A DNA stretch of 64,000 nucleotides, taken from Eledone cirrhosa (lineage: Eukaryota). Location: assembly GCA_964016885.1 (NCBI GenBank), contig OZ024746.1:89466001-89530000 (forward strand). The letters run 5' to 3'. This document shows positions 42,096 to 53,379 of this stretch, one piece after another; within the stretch, counting starts at the first letter, position 1; every line of letters begins with the position of its first letter. A model generated the notes under the pieces. That model did not search any database. It was not told where the DNA came from and saw nothing but the letters and a program-made list of their open reading frames with translations. Made by a program: the position numbers and the translations under genes.

Positions 42096-42311
42096 GTGGA
42101 ACACTGGAGGGTAATATCGTAGTGGTAGAGCACTCAGTCCATGGGACGAGTTAGGTAGAAGTGGTTACACAACAGTTAGTTCACCATACCGAGAACAATT
42201 GTTTCACCTTAGCTGATCCTCAGCTCGGAATCATGATTCCCAGCGGAGGATCCGCTAAGGTGAAACAATTGTTCTCGGTATGGTGTACTAACTGTTGTGT
42301 AACCACTTCTA
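42093..42311 (-). mobile_element. Fold-back element, family B, with hammerheads on both strands
   Basis: 63-bp tail plus 78-bp arms (42156-42233, 42234-42311) with no spacer; in (TA)n. Confidence 0.9.
42189..42228 (-). ncRNA. Minimal type I hammerhead ribozyme motif
   Basis: CCGAG-CUGAGGA-UCAGCUAAGGU-GAAAC-AAUU-GUU-CUCGG: 5-bp stem I, intact core, palindromic stem III, weak stem II. Confidence 0.7.
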
Positions 42312-43060
42312 TATATATAAATATTTGTGTTTGTGTGTGCATGAAGGTGTCATAAACATTGATGACAAACACAACAGTAGGGCGTCGGTGCATCTGGCGT
42401 GACTGTCATATGCAGTCCATTGCATTATCAACACAAATACTATTCGTAGACAGAACATAATAGTTAGGATTAAAAATATTGTACTTTTATTAACACAAAA
42501 CTTTCAAGCTAATGCTTATACTTATATCCATACATGGGATTACCCCACAGATGCAAATTTTCTGTAGTTTAAAACCACATTAGATGATCTTTTCAATTTT
42601 CATCCACTTAGGATAATTTACTTAATGAAATACCGCGTGTCAATCAAACATTAGATACCATTTAAAAGTACACCCTAGCACAGAAGGATAGAATCAATTC
42701 CGGCACGCTGTTACTAAAGAAGCTACAACTAGGAAATATCCTGGAAGTATAAATTTCGTATTGTAGAACAAAACAAATTCGTATACTACATCGAAGAACG
42801 TAACCTGGTTATAGAATATATGAACACGTGGTTACAAAAAAAAACAAAAAAAACAAAACAATCGAAACAAAACACACTATACATCGACTTAAGCACAAAT
42901 GATTAGTTAGAATATACTAGAAAAATAATATATTGTTAAACTTCCTCGTCAACAATTAACCAGATGCTGTTAAACCAAAGACTGATAATCAGAGAATACG
43001 CTGCACAATTGTTAACTTAATGACTCATTGTTTCATAGGCTACACATAGATGACACTTAC

Positions 43061-43354
43061 CCGTCGTATAAACATGGACATACATCAAGGAAGTAAGATA
43101 GGAGTGCGTTAGCTGGTAGCATAATTTATATAGAATTCCACATAGAGCAAGGGAAACAAATGTGGGTACTTCACTAATATCAGACCATGAGCCGAAAAGT
43201 CACATAGATAAGGTATACGGAAAAACAGTTATAAATGCCATGCGCCAGCCGTTGAAAAATGTAATATCAGGTCCATGATACATTGTGAAATAAGTGACTA
43301 ATACCCCACTGCGAAATAAGTGACTAATACCCCACTGGTATGGACATTCCCATT
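43061..43354 (-). pseudogene. Exon-like segment, disrupted
   Basis: Acceptor ctctttcttcag and donor GG|gtaagt. The frame contains one TGA and a 26-bp tandem duplication (43287-43337). Confidence 0.3.
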
Positions 43355-43571
43355 CTGAAGAAAGAGCAGTGACATGTTAATAAGTGACATCTAAAATAAG
43401 CCTAAAAATGTAACAAAGAAATACGAAATGTTAAAATGAAAATGATCGAACTGATGTATAGTTCCCCGTTTATACATATATACATGATGGCTGCAAACTC
43501 TGCTAAGAGTATTGCAATCGCTTGTCAGATTATAGAGTTTGGTGCAAAGCTGTAACATTTCCTGAACAAGC

Positions 43572-43940
43572 AATGCCTGAGATTTGAAGGTTTTTTTAAG
43601 TGGGGAAAGGACTTGCACTCAACCAATCCCACTCTCTGAGCATCGAAAACAATACACGGAAAGGAAAATTAGTCAACATCATCGGATGCTTCCGGAGCCG
43701 CAGGTTGTTTTGCAGGGTATCCCTCTCCTAGAAAGGTGTTGTGACAAAACTGGGGGGGCCTTTCACTCCCAGATGAAGAAAAAAAACTATTATCATCACT
43801 AGAAACTACATTTTGATTAATGCTATCGCTTGATAATTAAGGCAATGTCAGACACGAAGCTATTCCTGTACTTGAAGCTTTTTTTATGTGGGGAAACGCT
43901 TTGCACGAAGCTAAACCCACTCTCAGAACATCGAATATAT
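43572..43940. repeat. Diverged direct repeat (~80 bp, period ~290 bp)
   Basis: ttgaaggtttttttaagtggggaaagg...cccactctctgagcatcgaa versus ttgaagctttttttatgtggggaaacg...cccactctcagaacatcgaa. Confidence 0.7.
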
Positions 43941-44678
43941 ATAGCCAAATATTAGAACTGGTCTACATCATTGGAGGGAAACGAAATCGAGGTTTTACAT
44001 CAAAATGACTTTCACCTAGATATATCTTATTGACACTCAATCCACTGCCCCCTCAAAAAACATACCCCCACCCCACATATATATGTTTACTGTTGTTTCA
44101 TTCGTGGTTTGTGCCTCATGCAAAATTCTCTATTTCCAGTCCAGTATTTCAGGCCAAGCTATATAGTTTGTTTTCTCCTCCAGCATACATGCAGATGTAC
44201 ACATACATATGTACATAAACACACATATACAGGAATTCGTTTGTGTGTGTCTGTTTTTGTGTGATAGAGTAATTCACTTCGTCAAATATGTTCCGATCAG
44301 CGTAGTATCTTGACCCTAGGTTAATTGACTTTCCTGAAATGCGTTAAACATTACGATACGATACATATCATGAAATTCTGTAATTCTATTTTCTATCGAC
44401 GATTTATTCTTCTGTAGGTCAATGTGACTTTGGCTCTATATGAAATGGACATTTATCTGAAAGGCTGAGAATACCTCAACTTATATTGAAAACATTAATT
44501 TTCATCGAAGCATTTTGCCAATTTACGGCGATATGCTATTTTCCAACTTTATATACTAACTTCTGGCTGATGTTAAAACTTTATGTGTTTACATACGTTT
44601 GTTGTTGTTTGTCATGATAGAATTCCGGATTGCTCATACATATAATTATAGAAGTTCTTTCTCTGATCATCCCGACGT

Positions 44679-45282
44679 CTGTGTTTCAGGTTAAACAAAC
44701 GTGGTTTCTCTACCCTCGTAATTTTAGACACATAATTTACTGTGTTTATTTCTACATATATTATTATATAATGCTCAGTATTTATACTTTGAGCGTGTTA
44801 ATTGCAGGGTATCAATATGAGTTAGTAACTCTGTATTTTATTTGTATTTCGGCTCCCTAACCAGGTGGGCTTATAGGTTGAGTGTAGTAAGGCTGTTATT
44901 TCTAGTATATCCACTCATACCACATATAACGTCCAACACACGAGGTCTGATATTCATTCCTGTGGATTATAGTTACATGTGTTTTGTTTCATTTGATCTT
45001 ATCTCTCGCTGAGGAAAGCCTACGGATTATCTGTTACAAACACAATTTTCAGGGCGAAACAGATTAAATCTCTAATCTGTCTGAGAGATGAAATGGTTAT
45101 TGATGCGGTCTGTATATAAAATTATATATCTTACTGTATATTTCAGGTTAAATATATAAAACAAACGTGGTTTATCTACCCTCGTAATTTTAGACACAAC
45201 ATTTACTATGTTTATTTCTACATATATTATTATATAATGCTCAATATTTTTTACTTTGAGCTTATTAATTGCAGGGTATCAA
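44679..45282 (+). mobile_element. Non-coding HHR element with ~140-bp direct terminal repeats (retrozyme-like or PLE partial tandem)
   Basis: 44679-44815 is repeated at 45134-45282, with an HHR between. Confidence 0.75.
45001..45089 (+). ncRNA. Type I hammerhead ribozyme
   Basis: Stem I AUCUCUCG/UGAGAGAU; CUGAGGA; stem II GCC..GGC with a long loop; GAAAC-AGAUUA..UAAUCU-GUC. Confidence 0.8.
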
Positions 45283-45393
45283 AAAAAAAAATATATATAT
45301 ATATATATGTATATATATTGGTAAAAGGCAAAGAAAATGCTGACAAATTGTTCCCAGTGAAAAATAGTTTAATTAGGAATAAGCAAAATTTTG

Positions 45394-45457
45394 AGATAGA
45401 GCGCCCGTGATGTTTGCTCTAATCCGGATTAGAGCAAACATCACGGGCGCTCTATCT
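45394..45457. repeat. Perfect 64-bp spacerless palindrome
   Basis: agatagagcgcccgtgatgtttgctctaatcc|ggattagagcaaacatcacgggcgctctatct. Confidence 0.97.
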
Positions 45458-45522
45458 GAAAATTATTTTTGAAAAGCATTAGAAATGCGCAACCGGTAAA
45501 ACTTAAAACCAAAACTGAATAC

Positions 45523-46181
45523 GTCACCGTATCATTTACGTACTTATACCTCTTAAAAGGGTCCTTGCCTCTTCCGTCCCACCTAGTTCTTTTACTTATT
45601 TCGTTATTTCTTTATTTCTTTCTTTACTTCTTTCTTTCTTTATTTATTTATTTATTCTAGCCTAACAATAGCTAGAGACTTAGGTCGTAGAATTTAATTT
45701 ACTTTACTTTTTTCTTTACACTTATTTGCTTTTCTTCACTCTCAGTATTTTTTCTTTCCTATATATTTCTACCCCCCATTGTTCTACCTACCGTTCCGAC
45801 TTCCTCCCCCTCCCCCCCCTGTATCTTCTTTGACCTCATGCCCAGCTGTAGCTGGCACTACCAACGCTTGATTGGGTCTACTCCACCCCCTCCCCTCTTT
45901 CTCCTACTGGCAGGTTTAGCCACCATCTCCCCTACTAATTTGCAATCACAGAATTACTACTGACTTTTGACAATCACTTTGACCATATATGGAATTACCC
46001 CTTGAGAAGATCGGCTATATAAATACCAGGATAAATTTTCATTTAGTCCAGAATTAGCCGTCGAAACGGCTTGAGCTCAGCTGTCGGGGTCTTACTGGTT
46101 CCTATTACCCACTCTACTACCTCAAGTATTGAGTACTTTGGTGCGTTATGGTACACCTGGTTCCTTACCACATTTCCTCCG

Positions 46182-46183
<2 letters not shown>
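45523..46183 (+). mobile_element. 5'-truncated PLE 3' UTR/terminal repeat with tail
   Basis: 45523-46103 is nearly identical to 54845-55423, with an extra 80-bp tail, then (TA)n. Confidence 0.9.
45997..46090 (+). ncRNA. Type I hammerhead, U3-A8 core variant
   Basis: ACCCC-UUGAGAA-GAUCGGCUA...UAGCCGUC-GAAAC-GGCU..AGCU-GUC-GGGGU. Confidence 0.7.
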
Positions 46184-46234
<51 letters not shown>

Positions 46235-47246
46235 CGTGCGTGTGTGTATGTGTATGTGTGTGTCTGTGTGTGTGTGTGTGTGTATGTGTGTGTTTGTGTG
46301 GGTGTGTGCAAATAATAAATTGAAATTACAAAGCAGACGACACACAACAAGGATACCGTTGATATAGTAGAAGCAAGAGGCTTAATGTTTCGGACACTAA
46401 TGTTTCATCAGGAGAGGGAATGAGAAATAAAAGATGATATAGAAAAATAGAGAACAAGAAGAGGAAGGAAAGTCAAATGTACGTTGAGAAATATATATAT
46501 ATATATATTTATTTCAGCTTACTTTTGAATGTACATGAATTTGAGTATTTCTCTGGTGATAGTTTTGCAAATGATTGAGCAGGCTCATTTTCATTTACTG
46601 GCAATATCTACTGATATGTCTCCCTATAATGCACGTTAGCACTGGTGCAAATAAAAAATGATATTAATCCAACACGAATTTTACCATGCCTATCTACTAT
46701 ATGCAAACAGAATATTGATATTCCTATACTATCACGAGGCTGAGTTGTTCATTTAGTCAATTAATAATTTTACTGCAGCATATGAAATTAAAAAAAATAT
46801 ATATATAAATTAATGCATTGTCATAAAAATAAGCCACTACTACAAATCAACGATCGATCACTTAACTGAAGCATGTGGGCAACAAGATTATGAAGATTGA
46901 AATTGTAAAAATAAATAATGCTTTCACTATCTAAATATAAGATACAGAAAAGTACTTTTATGATATATAATACTGATAAATACTTGTCAAGTCGAGGAAA
47001 TTATTTATCCTATAATTGCACATATTTTATAGCATAACAATGACGGTGTAACAATAGTCAAATGTTCAATAGCCACATATTATGATATATGGTTCCGATG
47101 AATAAAGCGATGTTTAATTGGCATATTGTCTATTGAGTCACTGAAATGGTTTGACAGTGAAACCATTTACATTCCTGAAATAACTGTGTCATGGATATGT
47201 TTCCACACACAGGAACACATAAACATATATTGATACAAGCCCAAGC

Positions 47247-47367
<121 letters not shown>

Positions 47368-49400
47368 CAAAGGGATATTTAATTTGTTGTTAATTCAACA
47401 AATATATTTATAACAGATTCGAAGCCCTCAACATAATTTCTGAACTAAGAACATAGCACAAACTATAAATACAATTAATAATAGACACTTAAATTTAAAC
47501 CCTAACCAAACAAACAAAGATAACAATAATAATATTTCTAATTACAATATTCATATTAATAATACCATTTCTAATAACAACAACTCCCGAAAATGTAACT
47601 GTAGAATTGAATCAAACTGCCCTTTACGAAACAATTGCTTAGATAAAAAGTTAATATATAAATGCACAGTAAAAACTAGAGACAATATATATAACTATAT
47701 CGGTGCCACTTCTACAAAATTCAAATAACACTGGTATAATCACAAACATACATTTAACAGGTCCGATAAGAAATCTTCCACTTCACATTCACATCTAATT
47801 TGGTATTTAAAGGACAATAATATTGACTATTCAATATCTTGGGGAACGATTTCGAAAGCACCTCCATACCGAAATATGGATTTCTCAAGAATCTGTCACT
47901 TTTGTACCGAGGACATTTTTTATATACTTAACTGTCAACATTTTATTAATTTAAAAAACGAATTATTCAGTTCTTGCAAACGTCGCCAAAGAACCACTTT
48001 CCGAAGTATTTTTAATCTATAGTATTAATTACACTTGACTTCATCTTATATATCTTTAAAATGCTTCTGTTGTTTAATGAGGTTTTTTTTTAATGATTTT
48101 TTTAAAATAATTTTTATAAATGATCTATTTCTTCTTAAATTAATATTTTTACCAATGATATTCTTTTCCTAATGATACTCTTCTTAAAATATTATTTTTA
48201 GATTGATACTTTTTAATTGATATTTTGAATGATATCCTCTTTACGATACTTCTTCTAAATGCACTCTTGACTTATCTAATAATATATTTGTTTCTCTGTT
48301 TTAATCTTCAAATTGTTCACACATCTATAGACGTAGATATTATCTAAATACATATATAATTGAAATTCTCATCCTTGAAAACATGTAATATAAAATACCT
48401 TATAATCTCACACGAAATAATATATAATTTTCTCTACATACTTTCCGCATTTTCTAAGAAAATTATTCATCAAATCTAATATTAATAGTTTAACAAATAA
48501 TATTTGAGTCATCTTTTCCCTTACAATTGGGCAAACATGGACATAATAACTTGTATATTAAATTCTATGTAATTTCGCTAACTTAATAATTTTCTGTAAA
48601 TATTTTCAATTTTTGATGAAGCTATTTGAATGTACAAAATGTTGTTCTCTTAAAATTTGAACTACGTCTTTTTCTTAACTATATATTTAAAATGTAAAAT
48701 CAACATCATTCGTAACTTATATTAGAAATGTAAACAAATTATTACGTGTGTTATATATCTATAAAAAAATAACAGCATATAATCACCAATATTATTTATA
48801 TTTATGCATTTATTAATCTATATAGATATTTATATACTTACAACCTGTTGTAATATAATAAGATAAAATGTACTTACAACCATAAATCTTCATATAATCT
48901 AATTTTAATGATTATATATATAATATTATAACTCATGATTTAGCTAATTTTTTTTTAAATTCTGGATTGATATTCCACCACTTTTAATTTTTAACGTTTC
49001 AACTTTTTTTTAAATTCACGTACACTGTAATAATATAAATACAAGCTACTCTTTCTTCTTCTTATATATAAATATATATATATCCTAATAATTATTTAAA
49101 TCTACCTAGCGTCTAAAAATAACGATCTTTTCAGCTCTATGCTTCAAATTCATTTGCATATTCATAAAAATAATTGAAATATTTTTTTCCCTGTCTTCCC
49201 CTTTTCACCTTTTCCCTCTTTCCTTTCAGTATCCAGGCTGAACTTGAACCGTTAAGGTCTGATTCCTGGGTATGTCACTATTTATAAAACAAACTTTGTA
49301 TTTTATCTGATGAGGGCGTACTAAAGTTTTGGTACTCTTGAAATATATATAATAGAATAAATATAGTTTTATAAATATAGTTTCCATTTATCAATATCAT

Positions 49401-49402
<2 letters not shown>
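47368..49402 (+). mobile_element. 5'-truncated PLE: inverted tail, GIY-YIG pseudogene, long 3' UTR, HHR
   Basis: 47590-48022 reads KCNCRIESNCPLRNNCLDKKLIYKCTV..YNYIGATSTKFK*HWYNHKHTF..IWYLKDNN..CHFCTE, homologous to 53750-54170. Confidence 0.9.
49299..49359 (+). ncRNA. Minimal hammerhead motif
   Basis: UAUUUUAU-CUGAUGA-GGGCGUAC..GUACUCUU-GAAA-UAUAUA-UA-AUAGAAUA. Confidence 0.7.
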
Positions 49403-49471
<69 letters not shown>

Positions 49472-49474
<3 letters not shown>

Positions 49475-50090
49475 GAAACTGGGACGGGAACAAAAGGAGA
49501 GAGGCAGTACAAACAAAGTTTTATTAGTTTCACGCTCTTGGGAGTGGGGCGGCGGGGCGTTTCGGGCATAACCCCTTCTTCAGGAGAACAGTGGGTGGGG
49601 AGAGAGTTCCGAGGGTGTGTGGGGGAGTGGTGGAGGGGCATTTAGACAAAAAGGGGGGTGAAAGGTGGAAGAGGTACAAATAAAAATAAAAATAAACATA
49701 AAGATAAACAAGCGGTGGTAGGGTGTGGGGCGTGTAGGGGTTGTGGCGGGTTGAGTAGGGAGAGGGAGGCGGGAGGTCCGAGCGGGGAGGGCTGAAGGTG
49801 GTGTTTGTGTATGTGTGTAGGTGTACGTGTGTGTGTTTGTGTGTGTGTATGTGAATGTGAGAGTTGGGGGAAGAACGAAGTTCCATGTTCAAGAAAAGGT
49901 GTGTGTGGGGTGTAGGCGTCGTGTTGGTGCGTATGGATGGGGAGGGGTCAGAGAGGTGGGGAGGGGGTATGTGAGGATTCCGGAGGCTGAGTGTGTATAT
50001 GTGGGGGTACGCACGTGTGTGTTGGTGTTTATACGTGGTGTGGATGTAGGTGGCGTGGTTCGAAAAAATACACGCTTGTGTTTGTGTCTA
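49472..50090 (-). mobile_element. Probable PLE 3' region with a partial HHR
   Basis: Minus strand CTGAAGA-AGGGGTTATGCCC-GAAAC at 49559-49583, no clear stem III; ends at (TA)n. Confidence 0.55.
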
Positions 50091-50095
50091 TATAT

Positions 50096-50283
50096 AATTG
50101 TTTCTACTTTTGGCACAAGGCCAGTAATTATTCCAGTGTATTACTGGTACTTCATCTTATCGACCCCGTAAGGATGAAAGGCAAAGTTAACCTCGGCGGG
50201 ATTTGAACTCAGACCGTAAAGGGACGTAACTATACTGGAAAGCATGGCGTCCGACTCTCTACCGATACTGCCAAACCACCGCC
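50096..50283 (-). mobile_element. SINE family 1, short variant
   Basis: Reverse complement of the family consensus. Confidence 0.92.
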
Positions 50284-51357
50284 CTATATAATGTACGTAT
50301 ATAATGTTTATATGCATATGTGCATGTATGTATGTGTGCCTGTATAAATGTATATATGTTTATTATGTATAGCTTAGTATATATACATTCTTAGAATATA
50401 CACAATGTATAAACAACCACATTCCTTTAACTTTCAGTTTTCTTTTACATACTTGCAGACATACATATATTATATGTACTATACTCACTAAAACATATTT
50501 GTCTTACATAGTTATAAACTGGGAAATAATTCTAATCCTCTAAATCCCGTAATAAATAATTGGAACTCGGGACATATAATCCCTTCAGTGCATCACTTAA
50601 GTTGTCAATTTAAAGTATTGCTTCAAATATATATTCTCGGGTTATCTCTGATAGATCTTGAATCGTCTGCCATCCATAGCAATTTCACCGTTTTGATGCC
50701 TTATAATAAATGTTATGCTCACTGGGGATCACAGTCAATCATAGTACTTACTATATCAAATAGATCATCACTCTGACTACATTTTATGCCCTTAAAGTCG
50801 ATAAATTCACTCATAACCAACAAGAAACCATTAATTATTTATATTAATATTAAACATAATTCATTTTATTAGCCATGAATCCGTTACACCTCAGTCTATA
50901 TTTTAGTATTCTTTATTTGAAAGATTAGCAAGCCAAATATTACGATTTACCCAATATTTTATATACTTCATTAAACACTTGAATGAACATCGATATTAAA
51001 TTAATGACATACAATAATTGATACAGATCACTGAGATATATTATCTACTAATTATTATTTACATTTATTATAGCGTGAAATCATAAACGGTTCATCGATA
51101 TATATCTGTTTGTTTGTTTACTGATTTTGTAATTACAGAAAAGTTTAACCAACCGTTTTTTAAATATGGCTTTTGTGGGAGTTATTTCACCTTAGTAATG
51201 AACTGTCATATTCTCATCTAGCATAGATTTGTTTTCTTCAACACTAATTAATATAAAATATATTGATTATCATATATTCACGACTGTACTCATGCGGAAA
51301 GTGAATCTTGAAACAGTAACCAATATTTTTATTCTTAATAAAAACGCATACATACGT

Positions 51358-51358
<1 letters not shown>

Positions 51359-51414
<56 letters not shown>

Positions 51415-51742
51415 TTCCTCTTTCCCCTCTTTCCCTCTCTTTCTCTCTCTCTTTATTTCTCCCATTCTCTTTCTCTCTTTTTCCCTCACTCTTTCTCTCT
51501 ATTCCTTCTATCTTTCTTTCTATATTCCTTCTCTCTCTTTCCCTCTCTCTTTCTTTCTCCCATTCTCTTTCTCTCTTTTTCCCCTCACTCTTTCTCTCTA
51601 TTTCCTTCTATCTTTCTTTCTCTATTCCTTTCCCTCTCATTTACTCTCTTTCGCTCTCATTTTCTCTCTCTCTCTTTCCCGCTCTTTGCCTCTGTCTTTC
51701 TCTATCCCTTTCCCTCTCTCTTTCTCTCTCTCTCTCTTTCCT
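51359..51742. repeat. (CT)n and polypyrimidine tract with an internal ~60-bp duplication
   Basis: Seen directly; ctcccattctctttctctc...ccctcactctttctctcta occurs twice. Confidence 0.9.
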
Positions 51743-51799
51743 CACATACAAACACACATGTAAACCGTTTGTGATTAATAAAATAATCATCATTATTAT

Positions 51800-52071
51800 T
51801 AAGTTTTGTCTTTCATCCTGACGGATTTCGATAAAATAAAGTACCAGTAATGCACTGAGATATTTGCTGGCCTTGTGCCAAAAGTAGAAACAATTATTAA
51901 TATTATGATTATTACGGTGAATTGGCAGTATCGGGAGCGGGTCGGATGCTTTGACGCTTAGAGTTACGGCCCTTGCCATTCTGAGTTCAAATCCCGCCGA
52001 GGTTAACTTTGCCTTTCATCCTTACGGGGTCGATAAAATAAAGTACCAGTAATGTACTGAGTAATTGCTGG
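51800..52071 (+). mobile_element. Two tandem SINE family 1 copies (3' half, then 3'-truncated)
   Basis: Core motif at 51808-51898 and 51915-52071. Confidence 0.9.
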
Positions 52072-52335
52072 CCATCCTGGTGACGAGGCCTTCCCAGCTT
52101 AGTTGGGATTTCATTTGCAGGCCTCGATACTGGTAACCTCCGCCGGTTCAAAGTCTTCAACATTGGTGACAAAATCACTTTAGTTGATGTTGAGGATGGT
52201 GTGAAGGCAGCGTTGAGGAAGCACTCGAAGAGTCGAAGGTTGTGATTATAAGAGACTCACGACTCTGAGCAACATAGCTCTATACACTACGATCTGCTGT
52301 ATTCAGGCCTGGAGAGGAATAGGATCCACCAGCTT
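52072..52335 (-). mobile_element. RTE-clade LINE C-terminal fragment
   Basis: IVVYRAMLL...QRCLHTILNIN*SDFVTNVE..AEVTSIEA...WEGLVTRM. Confidence 0.8.
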
Positions 52336-52429
52336 TAAAATGCCTAAGACATGCCTTATATCAATACGCGCGCCCCAACGAGTCTACCATGACCATACAT
52401 ACAAACATACATACATTATGTTCACTACA

Positions 52430-52620
52430 GGCGATAAATTGGCAGTATCGGTAGAAGGTCGGACGCCATACATTGATGCGTAGAGTTACGGCCGTCGCCA
52501 TTCTGAGTTCAAATCTCGCCGAGGTTAAATTTGCATTTCATCCTTACGGGGTCGAATAAATAAAGTACCAGTAATACATTGGTGAATTGTTGGCCTTGTG
52601 CCAAATAGTATGAACAGTTA
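52430..52620 (+). mobile_element. SINE family 1, short variant
   Basis: Head and core match the family. Confidence 0.9.
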
Positions 52621-52889
52621 TGTTCACTACATTATTTCAATAATATTCTCATAATTCAGAACGTACGATAAATAATAATTTTTGTTTTAATTTCCCTCAA
52701 CTTTATAATTTAGAGTAAATAGTACGTTCTATTGAATGTTGATATATTGTCGCATTTCAATAGTGGTGTATAATTAAATTGTTACTTGAAAGGTATGTAG
52801 TAGCATTATCAATCATTCTATAATTCATTTCATACATTCTCTTTCAAACATATTTTCCGAATGATTTTACTATATATATATACATATAT

Positions 52890-52925
<36 letters not shown>

Positions 52926-53010
52926 AGACGGGGAAATATGTTGGAAAGAGTATGTATGAACGTGTATGTATATCATTAGATGTACATAATTCACGCACAC
53001 ACACACACAC

Positions 53011-53042
<32 letters not shown>

Positions 53043-53045
<3 letters not shown>

Positions 53046-53315
53046 GAGGTTATATTTAATTTGTTGGGATACAACAAGCTAAAATATTTTTATAGCTTAT
53101 ATAAAGCACTCAACAAATTATTGGAGTAAATATACAATATATTAGCAAATGGAAACTATATTTATAAAACCATATTTATTTTATTATACATATTTCAAGG
53201 TCCACCAAGTCAGATTATGGTGCGCTTTCATCAGATAAAATATAATACAGATTAGTTTTATAAATAAATATTGACATACCCTGAAAAAATGCAACCTTGA
53301 CGGTTGGAGCTTCCT

Positions 53316-53318
<3 letters not shown>
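53043..53318 (-). mobile_element. Solo PLE terminal repeat with minimal HHR and tail (family of 47368-49402)
   Basis: Minus strand UAUUUUAU-CUGAUGA..GAAA-UAUGUA-UA-AUAAAAUA (53177-53242), colinear with 49250-49400; (TA)n on both sides. Confidence 0.8.

Positions 53319-53377
<59 letters not shown>

Positions 53378-53379
<2 letters not shown>

Noticed and set aside
42093-42311. Tc1/mariner MITE or pre-miRNA interpretation of the hairpins
   Set aside because: The one-sided tail, embedded hammerhead motifs and PLE homology of sister families do not fit symmetric TIR elements. There is no evidence for miRNA without expression data.
43287-43337. CRISPR-like repeat
   Set aside because: Two adjacent 25-bp copies with no spacer; a simple tandem duplication in eukaryotic DNA.
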